Positions 25,118-33,514 of a stretch of 56,781 nt of DNA are shown piece by piece. The translations under genes were made by a program, and so were the position numbers. Origin of the DNA: Candidatus Kaiserbacteria bacterium RIFOXYD1_FULL_47_14 (GTDB lineage: Bacteria; Patescibacteriota; Minisyncoccia; Phycocordibacterales; Phycocordibacteraceae). Position 1 is the first letter of the stretch, and each line of letters begins with the position of its first letter. Under the pieces are notes generated by a model. That model was not told where the DNA came from. It saw only the letters and a list, made by a program, of their open reading frames with translations, and did no database searches. The stretch covers positions 1,188 through 57,968 of the forward strand of contig MFMU01000003.1 in NCBI GenBank assembly GCA_001781915.1, given 5' to 3'.

Positions 25118-26584
25118 ATGGCGCGGGAATCACGACCGCCCATCATCGCGGTGATGGGCCATATAGATCACGGCAAGTCGTCGCTCTTGGACTACATTCG
25201 GAAATCGAATGTTGTCGCGGGCGAGGCAGGCGGAATTACACAGCATGTTTCTGCGTATATCGCGTTGCATAATGACCGCCCAGTCACCTTTCTTGATACG
25301 CCCGGCCACGAGGCCTTCGAGGCGATCCGCGCGCGCGGCGCAGCCGCCGCGGATATCGCCATTCTCGTTGTTGCGGCAGATGAAGGTGTGATGCCGCAGA
25401 CCACCGAGGCGCTCACAGCGATTAAAGATGCTGGCATCCCATTTGTTATTGCGATTACAAAGATAGACAAAAATAACGCAAACATCGAAAGAACGAAGAC
25501 CTCGCTCCTCGAACATGAAATCTTCCTCGAAGATATGGGCGGCGACATTTCCTATATGCCCGTGTCGTCGAAGACCGGCGAGGGAGTGTCCGAACTTCTT
25601 GATCTAGTATTACTCACCGCAGATCTCGCTGAGATTACTGCCGACCATTCGGCGAGTGCGACCGGCTTCGTCCTCGAATCAACACAAGATCCAAAGCGTG
25701 GTTCTTCTGCCACCCTTATCGTGAAGGACGGCACGCTCACGCTCGATGGATTCGTCGTCGCAGGCGACGCGTATGCTCCTATACGATTCATCGAGGATTT
25801 CCGCGGGAAGAGAGTCGAGCGCGCACTGCCATCAGAGCCGGCGCGCATCTCGGGATTCTCTTCCCTCCCGCCTTCTGGGGCGCTTTTCAGTATTGTAAAA
25901 AATAAAAAAGAAGCAGAGGTGCTCGCTATAGAACATAAAGCATTCTCTTGTGCGTCAGAAACTATCGCGACAGCTGAAGGCATTACCGAACTTCCGCTCG
26001 TCGTGAAGGCGGATGTCGCCGGCTCGGTTGACGCCGTCATTCATGAACTCGCTAAGATTACCCACGAACGCGCTGCGGTGCGTATCGTTTCTTCGGGCGT
26101 TGGTAGCGTATCAGAAAGCGATATTAAAACCGCCCACGCATCGCACGGCACTATCATCTCGTTTAATGTCGGGACTGATGCTATCGCTCGCGAACTTGCC
26201 GACCGCGATGCAGTCAGCATTCTATCTTTCTCGATTATCTACGAACTATCGGCGAAAGTAAAAGAACTCCTCGAAAAATGTGTGCCTGCTCTCGCAATCG
26301 AAAAAGAACTTGGCCGTGCGAAGGTATTGAAAACCTTTTCTTCAGACGCGAAGAAACAGGTTCTCGGTTTGCGCTATATGTCGGGAATTCTCACTGTCGG
26401 AAATCAAATAAAGATACTTCGACACGACACCCAGATAGCGTGCGGTTCTATAACTAATCTTCAGCAGGCGCGCGCCGATGTAAAAGAAATAAAAGTTGAA
26501 GGCGATTTCGGCGCTGAAGTTGAAGCAAAAGAAAACGCAACCTATGGCGATGAGCTCGTCGCATTCATCGTGACCGAAGTATGA
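25118..26584 (+). CDS. infB: translation initiation factor IF-2 (short form that starts at the G domain)
   Basis: RPPIIAVMGHIDHGKSSLLD, DTPGHEAF and TKID GTPase motifs. Followed by rbfA. Confidence 0.9.
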   Translation: MARESRPPIIAVMGHIDHGKSSLLDYIRKSNVVAGEAGGITQHVSAYIALHNDRPVTFLDTPGHEAFEAIRARGAAAADIAILVVAADEGVMPQTTEALTAIKDAGIPFVIAITKIDKNNANIERTKTSLLEHEIFLEDMGGDISYMPVSSKTGEGVSELLDLVLLTADLAEITADHSASATGFVLESTQDPKRGSSATLIVKDGTLTLDGFVVAGDAYAPIRFIEDFRGKRVERALPSEPARISGFSSLPPSGALFSIVKNKKEAEVLAIEHKAFSCASETIATAEGITELPLVVKADVAGSVDAVIHELAKITHERAAVRIVSSGVGSVSESDIKTAHASHGTIISFNVGTDAIARELADRDAVSILSFSIIYELSAKVKELLEKCVPALAIEKELGRAKVLKTFSSDAKKQVLGLRYMSGILTVGNQIKILRHDTQIACGSITNLQQARADVKEIKVEGDFGAEVEAKENATYGDELVAFIVTEV

Positions 26585-26937
26585 TACCTCCTACTCGAAA
26601 GCCGGAACTGCGCAAACAAAGCAATCGTGCCGCCGAGATTGTCGCGCATGAAGCGGCGCAATTCATCGCACGCGAAGCAAGCAACGAATCACTTATCACC
26701 GTCATCCGCGCACAAAGCGTCGCCCACGGAGATCGTATGATGGTTTTCGTCAGCGTCTTCCCGGTCGAGAAAACGCGCGCCGCGCTCGCCTTCCTCGAGC
26801 ACCAGCGCGAAGCATTCTCGGATTATTTAAAAGTGCATGCGCGCCTTCGCCTTCCGCGCATCGACTTCCTTCCTGACAACGGCGAAGAGAGCGGCCAATT
26901 AGTAAACGAACTATCGAGAGGCCAGGGCGGGAATTGA
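26581..26937 (+). CDS. rbfA: ribosome-binding factor A
   Basis: Small basic protein overlapping the infB stop (ATGA). RbfA-like N-terminal segment. Its 3' end overlaps the antisense tRNA-Cys by 19 nt. Confidence 0.65.
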   Translation: MIPPTRKPELRKQSNRAAEIVAHEAAQFIAREASNESLITVIRAQSVAHGDRMMVFVSVFPVEKTRAALAFLEHQREAFSDYLKVHARLRLPRIDFLPDNGEESGQLVNELSRGQGGN

Positions 26938-26990
26938 ACCCGCGCATAGCGCTTTTGCAGAGCGCCGTGTTACCACTTCACCACCTGGCC
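26919..26990 (-). tRNA. tRNA-Cys (anticodon GCA)
   Basis: GGCCAGGTGGTGAAGTGGTAACACGGCGCTCTGCAAAAGCGCTATGCGCGGGTTCAATTCCCGCCCTGGCCT. Discriminator U. Confidence 0.85.
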
Positions 26991-27032
26991 CATAGTTAGA
27001 GAATAACAGAAATGTTACTATCATCAAAAGAT

Positions 27033-27122
27033 GCCGAGGTGGCGGAATAGGTAGACGCACAGGACTTAAAATCCTGAGAGGGCCTAAAAACCTTCATGTG
27101 GGTTCGATTCCCACCCTCGGTA
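27033..27122 (+). tRNA. tRNA-Leu (anticodon TAA), long variable arm
   Basis: GCCGAGGTGGCGGAATAGGTAGACGCACAGGACTTAAAATCCTG...GTGGGTTCGATTCCCACCCTCGGTA. Confidence 0.9.
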
Positions 27123-27130
27123 CTAGAAAA

Positions 27131-27257
27131 ATTTGTGGTCACAAATAATTCACTTGCCGTCGCAAGTGAATTTTCGCGACCCCGGCTCGCGGTTTTGCCT
27201 GCTGGCAAAACATCGCTGCGCCTCGCACAAGTAAAGAAACAGCATACTCTGTTTCTT
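27131..27257. other. hairpin-dense spacer between convergent tRNA genes
   Basis: Consecutive perfect stems: ATTTGT/ACAAAT, AATTCACTTGC/GCAAGTGAATT, CGCGA/TCGCG, GTTTTGCC/GGCAAAAC, AAGAAACAG/CTGTTTCTT. Confidence 0.7.
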
Positions 27258-27262
27258 TCATG

Positions 27263-27335
27263 TGCGCCCAGCAGGGCTCGGACCTGCGACCTTATCCTTA
27301 AGAGGGATCTGCTCTACCAACTGAGCTATGGGCGC
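27263..27335 (-). tRNA. tRNA-Lys (anticodon CTT); atypical T-loop
   Basis: GCGCCCATAGCTCAGTTGGTAGAGCAGATCCCTCTTAAGGATAAGGTCGCAGGTCCGAGCCCTGCTGGGCGCA. The T-loop reads TCCGAGC (C at position 55). Confidence 0.75.
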
Positions 27336-27463
27336 TGAAGCGAGGATAAACAAATGTGAGTCCTATTACATTTGTTTACTCCGAGTGAAGCGCTCATATC
27401 GAGTCATCGAAGATATGGGCGCCTAAAGAAAAATATAGCAGAACATAGTATGATTTGAAAGTC

Positions 27464-27492
27464 GCCCTTCTGCGCGTAAAGCTTCGAAGGGC
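27464..27492 (+). repeat. conserved hairpin immediately 5' of tRNA-Leu(TAG) (paralog of 12450..12478)
   Basis: GCCCTTCTGCGCGTAAAGCTTCGAAGGGC, 3 nt upstream of the tRNA 5' end. Confidence 0.7.
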
Positions 27493-27495
27493 ACG

Positions 27496-27577
27496 GCTGG
27501 GATGGCGAAATTGGTAGACGCACGAGCCCTAGGAGCTCGCGGGGCAACCCATGGAGGTTCGAGTCCTCTTCCCAGCA
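27496..27577 (+). tRNA. tRNA-Leu (anticodon TAG), long variable arm
   Basis: GCTGGGATGGCGAAATTGGTAGACGCACGAGCCCTAGGAGCTCG...GGAGGTTCGAGTCCTCTTCCCAGCA. The anticodon loop reads CCTAGGA (C at position 33). Confidence 0.8.
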
Positions 27578-27689
27578 CATCTTGACTTTATTATCGTTTC
27601 GTGCATTATAGGCACTAGATAAATAGGTGTTTGAAATCGTCAATAAATCAATCGAAACGCGCGAAAGCGCATAAAAAAGGAGCAAGGAA

Positions 27690-28793
27690 ATGGTAAAAAA
27701 ACCGTCTTTCTGGAAATTGGGGGCTGCTGTCTTTGGGATTCTTCTGGTTGTGATTGTGTTCTTGAACTTATTCACGGACTCAGTCGATATCTTCGGAGAG
27801 AAGCATGGTTTGGGAACGATAATGCTCTGCACTCTCTTGCTCTACACAGCGGCGAGTTTGCGCATTGTCGGTCCGAAAGAGCTGGGGTGTGTTCTGATCT
27901 TCGGCAGACCACTGAAGAATGTTTCTTCTGGTCTGGCCATTGTTCCGCTATGGATCTGCACACTGGTAACCGAAACGCGGCTCGTCATACAGGACGAACT
28001 TCCCGCGGAACCGGAAAAAATCTACCGTGGTAGCGAGGGGGATACTGAGGGTAGTACCGTGCCGCCGGAATTGCAAGCGCTCGGTATGAGACCGCCAATC
28101 AGGGTTACTTTCGCCGGTAGAAATGAGGCAAAAAATACAGCTCTTGGTCTGAACATCGATAAAGATGATCCATACGATAATCGCATGACCGAAGAAGTCG
28201 TGCCGGTGATTCGTTGGAAAATTGGTGACTTCAAAACTTTCTTGACAGTTATCGGTTCAGTCGATGAAGCAAGGAAACAGATGGAGGACACCTGCGTGAA
28301 GATGTTCACCGAAGAACTAACAAAGGTAAGCCCAGCAGTTGCTCTCCTCCGCATCAGCGAGTACAGCACCATTCTCCAGAATGCAATCGAAAAACTGGTG
28401 CGTGGCGACAATATCAATCCTGGTTGGGGTATTCATCTTGAGAGCGCCCAAATCAAGGCGATCAGATTTTCAAAGACGCTCAATGTCGCAGTTCAGAATG
28501 TTGTGGTACAAGAACGCCAAAAGAAAGCAAAAATCCTTGAAGGCCAAGGTCTCGGCGGGAGAGAACAAGCAATAATTGATGGTCGCACTGCGGGTCTACA
28601 AAAAATGATGACTGACCTGAAAGTGGAAGGTGAAGTTGTCCTTGGCGCTGAAACTGCTCGCGCTATTGCGGGAGAAGGCGACAAATCAAGTCAACGGACG
28701 ATCATTGCTGGTTCTGGCGGTTTCTCCGATCTGATCGGTGCGGCCGTAGCCATTGGTGAAAGTTTGAAAGCTAAAAAAGGAGGCGAGAAATGA
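27690..28793 (+). CDS. SPFH/Band-7 (stomatin/prohibitin-like) domain protein, module 1
   Basis: N-terminal TM, then RIVGPKELGCVLIFGRPL..GLAIVPLWI, typical of the start of the SPFH domain. Coiled-coil-like C-terminal half. Confidence 0.7.
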   Translation: MVKKPSFWKLGAAVFGILLVVIVFLNLFTDSVDIFGEKHGLGTIMLCTLLLYTAASLRIVGPKELGCVLIFGRPLKNVSSGLAIVPLWICTLVTETRLVIQDELPAEPEKIYRGSEGDTEGSTVPPELQALGMRPPIRVTFAGRNEAKNTALGLNIDKDDPYDNRMTEEVVPVIRWKIGDFKTFLTVIGSVDEARKQMEDTCVKMFTEELTKVSPAVALLRISEYSTILQNAIEKLVRGDNINPGWGIHLESAQIKAIRFSKTLNVAVQNVVVQERQKKAKILEGQGLGGREQAIIDGRTAGLQKMMTDLKVEGEVVLGAETARAIAGEGDKSSQRTIIAGSGGFSDLIGAAVAIGESLKAKKGGEK

Positions 28794-29524
28794 TCTTGTC
28801 ATGCATTTTTCTTGCCTTTCTAGTTGGCATCATTGTTTGGCGGATCATTCTGCCAAACATGAATCTCGCGCCAAAAGTCAAAGCTGGCAACGGAGTTTCT
28901 TCACCAACTGGTTCAACACTTCGTTCGATTATGGAAATAACGAAGGGAAATCTGTGGACCATTTTGTTTGCCATCGCCGCAGCGATTGTACTCTTCTTCG
29001 GTGTCTTCGGTTCTGCGCTAAAGACACCGAGCTTCTCAGAAGTTGGGGGCCTAGGCCATGCTAAATGGCTCTGGATCCTTATCCTCTGGGGGCTCGGTTA
29101 TGGGCTCATCGCGTTCAATACTAAAGGAACGGCAGCGAAAACGCTGCAGAACATTCTGACGACTGTGGCAATTTCGCTCTTGGTGCTTGGATTGTTCACG
29201 AGCCAATGTTCTGGCCCGCGCACGGTTCCCCCTCCCCCGCAAGCGAATACAACTACTATTCCGCTCGCGTATGAATCACGATTGTCCTGGCAATTGATTT
29301 TGCCGCCTGGCGGAAAATCGGAACTCATTCGAGTTTCGCCTGACATGCGCCTTACGGTAAATGGGCGTGGAGCCGACCTTCATACCGTCTACGAGGATGG
29401 CCACGAAAGTGTCATCCCCGTGGAATCAAATGGTTCAAACCCTGCGGGAAAGAAAGTCGGTTCCTATGTAACAAACCGGCTGCAGAAAACAAATGTCGTT
29501 TACTGCAGCATTACCCCAAATTGA
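28790..29524 (+). CDS. multi-TM protein with C-terminal beta-rich domain (partner of SPFH, module 1)
   Basis: ATGA overlap with the upstream gene. ~4 TM segments. Paralog of 30621..31337. Confidence 0.6.
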   Translation: MILSCIFLAFLVGIIVWRIILPNMNLAPKVKAGNGVSSPTGSTLRSIMEITKGNLWTILFAIAAAIVLFFGVFGSALKTPSFSEVGGLGHAKWLWILILWGLGYGLIAFNTKGTAAKTLQNILTTVAISLLVLGLFTSQCSGPRTVPPPPQANTTTIPLAYESRLSWQLILPPGGKSELIRVSPDMRLTVNGRGADLHTVYEDGHESVIPVESNGSNPAGKKVGSYVTNRLQKTNVVYCSITPN

Positions 29525-29548
29525 AGTTCTTTCTGTACAAAAAAGAAA

Positions 29549-29580
29549 AAGACCGCCCGGTTTACTTGGCGGTCTTTTTA
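29549..29580 (+). terminator. intrinsic terminator
   Basis: AAGACCGCC-cggtttactt-GGCGGTCTT + TTTTA. Confidence 0.75.
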
Positions 29581-29665
29581 TTTGACTTTTCTATAGTCTC
29601 CTGTACTGTCTCTACTAGAAAACAGTTCTTTCAATCAGACAGAAACTCAAAAAAGGAGAAGTGAA

Positions 29666-30619
29666 ATGAAAAAGATGTCACCAGAGATTGCTCGCATTAT
29701 TGGGATTGTTTCCGCAGTTGCACCACTACTGATTATTTCCGTGATTGGATGGATGCTCGGTTCATTTTTGGCAGGTTTCTATGCCAGTGCTGTGTGGATC
29801 GGTGTCTATCTCGCATGGAACATCGGCATCATCGGGCAACAGGACTGGCAAGTCATCGAACGCTTCGGGCAATTCTACGAAGTGAAACTTCATGGATTTC
29901 GGCTCTATTGTATGCTCGGTCTTGTCGACAAAATAAAAGCAAGAGGCAATCTTCTCGAACGCAAAAGAGCGCTCTTCGAAGGTCTCTCGACGAACAATAA
30001 ACCGAAAGAAATCGACTTCACCAATGGGTCGGCGCCGATCGAGGCCTATATGTGGTATAAGAACGGTCGCCCGAACGCGAACAACGACGAAGAAGTGAAG
30101 GAGGATATCATTGCCTACACTTACACGAACAAGGACCCAGAAGTTCGGGCTGTTCAGATCACCGAAGATCGGCTTCGACCGAAATTCCAAGAGATGGATA
30201 TCGACACGGCTTCAAAAATGCGCGCAGTCATCGTCAACGGAGCGAAAGACGATATCGCGAGAGAGTTAAAACCGTATGGTCTGTATTTCTCTAAAGAACC
30301 GCCGATTGTCATCACTGACATCGGACTTACCGAAGATGCGAAGAAATTCCGGCAGGAACGGTTTCGCGGTCAAACAACAGCGGACGAAATCGCGAACGAA
30401 GCCGATGGATATCGCAGAGCAGTTGAAGCGATTATGCGACGCAAGAATCCTGACGGAACAGAAACCGAGGTATGCGACTTCGAAACCGCGGCAAGAATTT
30501 GGCGAGAACAACAGACCCGAAAGATGTTCGAGAAAACAAGGTCGAATATCACCGTCATTGCTGAGTCCGCAACAGGCGTCGTCAAGACATTCGACATCAA
30601 TACGAAGAAAGGAGAATGA
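29666..30619 (+). CDS. SPFH/Band-7 domain protein, module 2
   Basis: AAAGGAGAAG SD. TM helices, then QQDWQVIERFGQFYEVKLHGFRLY (SPFH start). Confidence 0.65.
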   Translation: MKKMSPEIARIIGIVSAVAPLLIISVIGWMLGSFLAGFYASAVWIGVYLAWNIGIIGQQDWQVIERFGQFYEVKLHGFRLYCMLGLVDKIKARGNLLERKRALFEGLSTNNKPKEIDFTNGSAPIEAYMWYKNGRPNANNDEEVKEDIIAYTYTNKDPEVRAVQITEDRLRPKFQEMDIDTASKMRAVIVNGAKDDIARELKPYGLYFSKEPPIVITDIGLTEDAKKFRQERFRGQTTADEIANEADGYRRAVEAIMRRKNPDGTETEVCDFETAARIWREQQTRKMFEKTRSNITVIAESATGVVKTFDINTKKGE

Positions 30620-30620
30620 A

Positions 30621-31337
30621 ATGCCCTTCATCTATGCAGTACTCATACTTCTCGCGGCCTTCTTTCTCATCATCGGCATCCGTATCTTTAACAGCACGAA
30701 GTTTGTAGGAACAGATGCTGGCATCGGAAAGATAATTTCATCGTTCACTCTGAAAGGAGTGTTCACGGTACTGTTCATCATCTCTGGCATAACGATCTTT
30801 TTCTGGAAACTCTATACTCCGGGACTGCAATCTTCACAAGTTGGAAGTTGGAGCTGGAACCGCTGGCCATGGATCCTCGTCTTATGGGGAATCGGATACG
30901 GACTCATCGCATTCAACGCGAAGACACTGGGGAAAGCGACTGGAACGCTGCAGAACATTCTGACGACTGTGGCAATTTCGCTCTTGGTGCTTGGATTGTT
31001 CACGAGCCAATGTTCTGGCCCGCGCACGGTTCCTGCCACACAAGCGAACACTACGAGCACAACTATTCCGCTCGCGAGTGCTCCGATTGCCGAATGGCCG
31101 ACATTGACCATACCGGCAGCTGGAAAGTTAGAACTCATTGCACCACCGCACGGAATGCATGTTATGGTATACGGGCATAATGCCAACTTGCATACTGTGT
31201 ACGCAGATGGGCATGAAAGCGTAATCCCTATTGAATCTGACGGATCAAATCCCGATGGTCCAGTAGTCAAAGAATATCTGACGAACAGGGTGAATGAGAT
31301 AAATATTGTCTCAGTCGCTTACTCAACAAAAAAATGA
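30621..31337 (+). CDS. multi-TM protein, partner of SPFH module 2 (start reassigned from 30276)
   Basis: ATG at 30621 lies 1 nt after the SPFH stop, preceded by AAAGGAGAA. Product MPFIYAVLILLAAFF... is a paralog of 28790..29524. Confidence 0.65.
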   Translation: MPFIYAVLILLAAFFLIIGIRIFNSTKFVGTDAGIGKIISSFTLKGVFTVLFIISGITIFFWKLYTPGLQSSQVGSWSWNRWPWILVLWGIGYGLIAFNAKTLGKATGTLQNILTTVAISLLVLGLFTSQCSGPRTVPATQANTTSTTIPLASAPIAEWPTLTIPAAGKLELIAPPHGMHVMVYGHNANLHTVYADGHESVIPIESDGSNPDGPVVKEYLTNRVNEINIVSVAYSTKK

Positions 31338-31360
31338 AGTTCTTTTTGTTCTTAAAGTAA

Positions 31361-31392
31361 AAGACCGCCTAGTAAACTAGGAGGTCTTTTTT
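31361..31392 (+). terminator. intrinsic terminator
   Basis: AAGACCGCCTAG-taaa-CTAGGAGGTCTT + TTTT. Confidence 0.7.
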
Positions 31393-31405
31393 CTTTTTCT
31401 ATTCC

Positions 31406-31681
31406 CTATGATGGCGACAATATCTTCTGGATTGTCCCTAAATCGAACGCGCCCATTGCGACATTAATGATGCCGTATGCGCCGAAGATGATGACAAGAC
31501 CTATAAGACCCCAGAAGATTGCCATGCGGCCTTCCTCGCGTTTTGTTTTATCCCCTGCATTTGCAACAAACTCAAATACGCCCCATAGAAACACGACGAA
31601 TGCTACCGCAGACAAAAGCAAGATCAATGGATTGATAATCTGCGCGGTAACCTTTGCAACGAATGAGTAGAGAGCGGGCAT
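31406..31681 (-). CDS. TrbC/VirB2-like two-TM small protein (T4SS-pilin-like), paralog 1
   Basis: Helix, charged loop (GDKTKREEGR), then WGLIGLVIIFGAYGIINV. Confidence 0.6.
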   Translation of the reverse strand: MPALYSFVAKVTAQIINPLILLLSAVAFVVFLWGVFEFVANAGDKTKREEGRMAIFWGLIGLVIIFGAYGIINVAMGAFDLGTIQKILSPS

Positions 31682-31697
31682 TACTGATTACTAAGCG

Positions 31698-32066
31698 TTA
31701 TATGGTCTTTGCTGCCGGTGGAGTAACGGTGGCGTTGTTGAAGCTGACGGTGCCCGTAAGGACATTCACCAGACCCCAGACCGATACCATCACGAAGAAG
31801 CCGATAAGACCCCAGAGCATAAGGTTCTTGCTTTTTTCTTTCACCTCTTCATTATTGGCGCCAATGATAAAGGTCTCGAATGCGCCGTAGATGAAGACGA
31901 TGAATGCGAGAGAGAAGATAACCGGAACGATAATGTTGTTAATAGTATTGATAATGAACGAGCCGGCATCAGAAATATTATTGACCGAAGTAGCGGCAGC
32001 GAGAGAAACAAGCGGTAAAGCGAACACAGCAAGTGCTAAAGAAGTTTGGATAAAAGTTTTTTTCAT
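31698..32066 (-). CDS. T4SS-pilin-like protein, paralog 2
   Basis: Signal peptide (ALPLVSLAAA). FIVFIYGAFETF-(NNEEVKEKSK)-LMLWGLIGFFVMVSVWGLVNV. Confidence 0.65.
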   Translation of the reverse strand: MKKTFIQTSLALAVFALPLVSLAAATSVNNISDAGSFIINTINNIIVPVIFSLAFIVFIYGAFETFIIGANNEEVKEKSKNLMLWGLIGFFVMVSVWGLVNVLTGTVSFNNATVTPPAAKTI

Positions 32067-32157
32067 AGGGCAAATAAGCGATTAATGTAGTAATTGTAGC
32101 TTTTCTGTCGCGATGGTCAATGCGCTTTTAAGCAGCGTGTGGATAATCTTGCCAAAG

Positions 32158-32631
32158 CTACCAATTAGCTTTACAAACCCCAGTGAGGTGACCACCCCCT
32201 AGTCCGTAACAAACACCAGAATTACACTGAGAGAGTTCCGTGCATTCGGCACCATTAGGCAAGTTTGTAAGTCCGGAAGCACCCGGTCGAGTAATGGAGG
32301 TGCTGCTGAAGCCAATCGTACCAGTCAGGACATTCACGAGTCCCCAGACCGATGCCATCACGAAGAAACCGATAAGACCCCAAAGCATAAGATTCTTGCC
32401 TTTTGTCTTCACCTCGTCCGAAGTAGCTCCAACGATGAAGGTCTCGAATGCGCCGTAGACGAAGACGATGAACGCAACCGCGAAGAGAATCGGAACGACG
32501 AGATTGTTAATAATACCGATAATGAATGAGCCGGCATCAAAAACATTACCGATCGTGGTGGCAGCAAAAGAAACCAGCGGCAGGGCGAGTGCAGCGAGCG
32601 TTAAAGAAGTAAGAGCAAGGGTCTTTTTCAT
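32158..32631 (-). CDS. T4SS-pilin-like protein, paralog 3, with Cys-rich C-terminal tail (start reassigned to MKKTLAL)
   Basis: The core is ~90% identical at nucleotide level to paralog 2, including the 5' leader. Tail is CTELSQCNSGVCYGLGGGHLTGVCKANW. Confidence 0.65.
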   Translation of the reverse strand: MKKTLALTSLTLAALALPLVSFAATTIGNVFDAGSFIIGIINNLVVPILFAVAFIVFVYGAFETFIVGATSDEVKTKGKNLMLWGLIGFFVMASVWGLVNVLTGTIGFSSTSITRPGASGLTNLPNGAECTELSQCNSGVCYGLGGGHLTGVCKANW

Positions 32632-32722
32632 AAGGCAAATAAACGAATAATGTGGTAATTGTATTCCTTCTGCTGTATCGGTCAATACCCTTCTAGAAGG
32701 CGTGTGGATAGTCCTTTCATAA

Positions 32723-33505
32723 TCAATTAATCTGGACGCACTTACCTCCGTCGGTGTTGTCTGTGCAATAAGAATTGCATGTGTACTCAGCTAACTTAGA
32801 TGGATTATTGGCACTGTAATAATCAGATGCCTTGTAATCGCCACCATAAGATCCTGAACCTTCTTGGCAAACCCAGATATCGCCAGCACTACCATTATCT
32901 ACAACGCAAAAACCAGTCGCCGAACATTTGAGGACATCAGAATCGCAATGCTTACCCCAATTTAAAAAGGAAGCTGGACAACACTTGGCCCCTACTGAGT
33001 CACATGATGTATCAGGTTTTGCCGCGTCGCCAGTACCACCCACGCCACTACTGTCATTGTCAGTATTGCCACCAACATTGCCACCCGACATAGGAGATGG
33101 TCCTGAACTACCTCCCCCCCTGCCGATGGTTGGAGGCGTCGGCGCATTCGCGGCGCCAAGGCCGAGCGTACTCGTAAATATACTGACAATTCCCCAGATG
33201 GAAAAGATGATAACAAGGCCAATGATGCCGTAGAGCGCGAATGTCTTCCCTTTTTCGCGTTCTGTTTCATTATCGGCATCTCGAATGAAATATTTATAAA
33301 TGCCCCAGAGAAAGGTGGCGAATGCAAGCGCAATGAGCAAGGGAACGAGATACGAGTTGATGATATCGCTAATGCTCGTGTAGTAGCCCTCAATATATTT
33401 CGTGTCGATGCCAGTCGGAAAAACCTCAGCCGCGAATACCAAAAGCGGCGCGCTGAAAGATGCAAAAAGAACGAGAGGTGTGGCGAGGCGAAAGATTTTT
33501 TTCAT
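32723..33505 (-). CDS. T4SS-pilin-like protein, paralog 4, with Gly/Ser linker and large Cys-rich C-terminal domain
   Basis: Core FLWGIYKYF-(DADNETEREKGK)-FALYGIIGLVIIFSIWGIV. This is followed by GGGSSGPS...GG and then ~12 Cys. Confidence 0.65.
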   Translation of the reverse strand: MKKIFRLATPLVLFASFSAPLLVFAAEVFPTGIDTKYIEGYYTSISDIINSYLVPLLIALAFATFLWGIYKYFIRDADNETEREKGKTFALYGIIGLVIIFSIWGIVSIFTSTLGLGAANAPTPPTIGRGGGSSGPSPMSGGNVGGNTDNDSSGVGGTGDAAKPDTSCDSVGAKCCPASFLNWGKHCDSDVLKCSATGFCVVDNGSAGDIWVCQEGSGSYGGDYKASDYYSANNPSKLAEYTCNSYCTDNTDGGKCVQIN

Positions 33506-33514
33506 AATATTTTA

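Noticed and set aside
26996-27832. ORFs 26996..27208(-), 27096..27338(+) and 27404..27832(-)
   Set aside because: They are read across tRNA-Leu, tRNA-Lys and tRNA-Leu genes and hairpin spacers. They are artefacts of stop-free structured DNA.
30276-30620. N-terminal 115 codons of the long ORF 30276..31337
   Set aside because: This part overlaps the SPFH gene 29666..30619 in another frame. The paralog 28790..29524 and an SD-preceded ATG at 30621 indicate the shorter gene.
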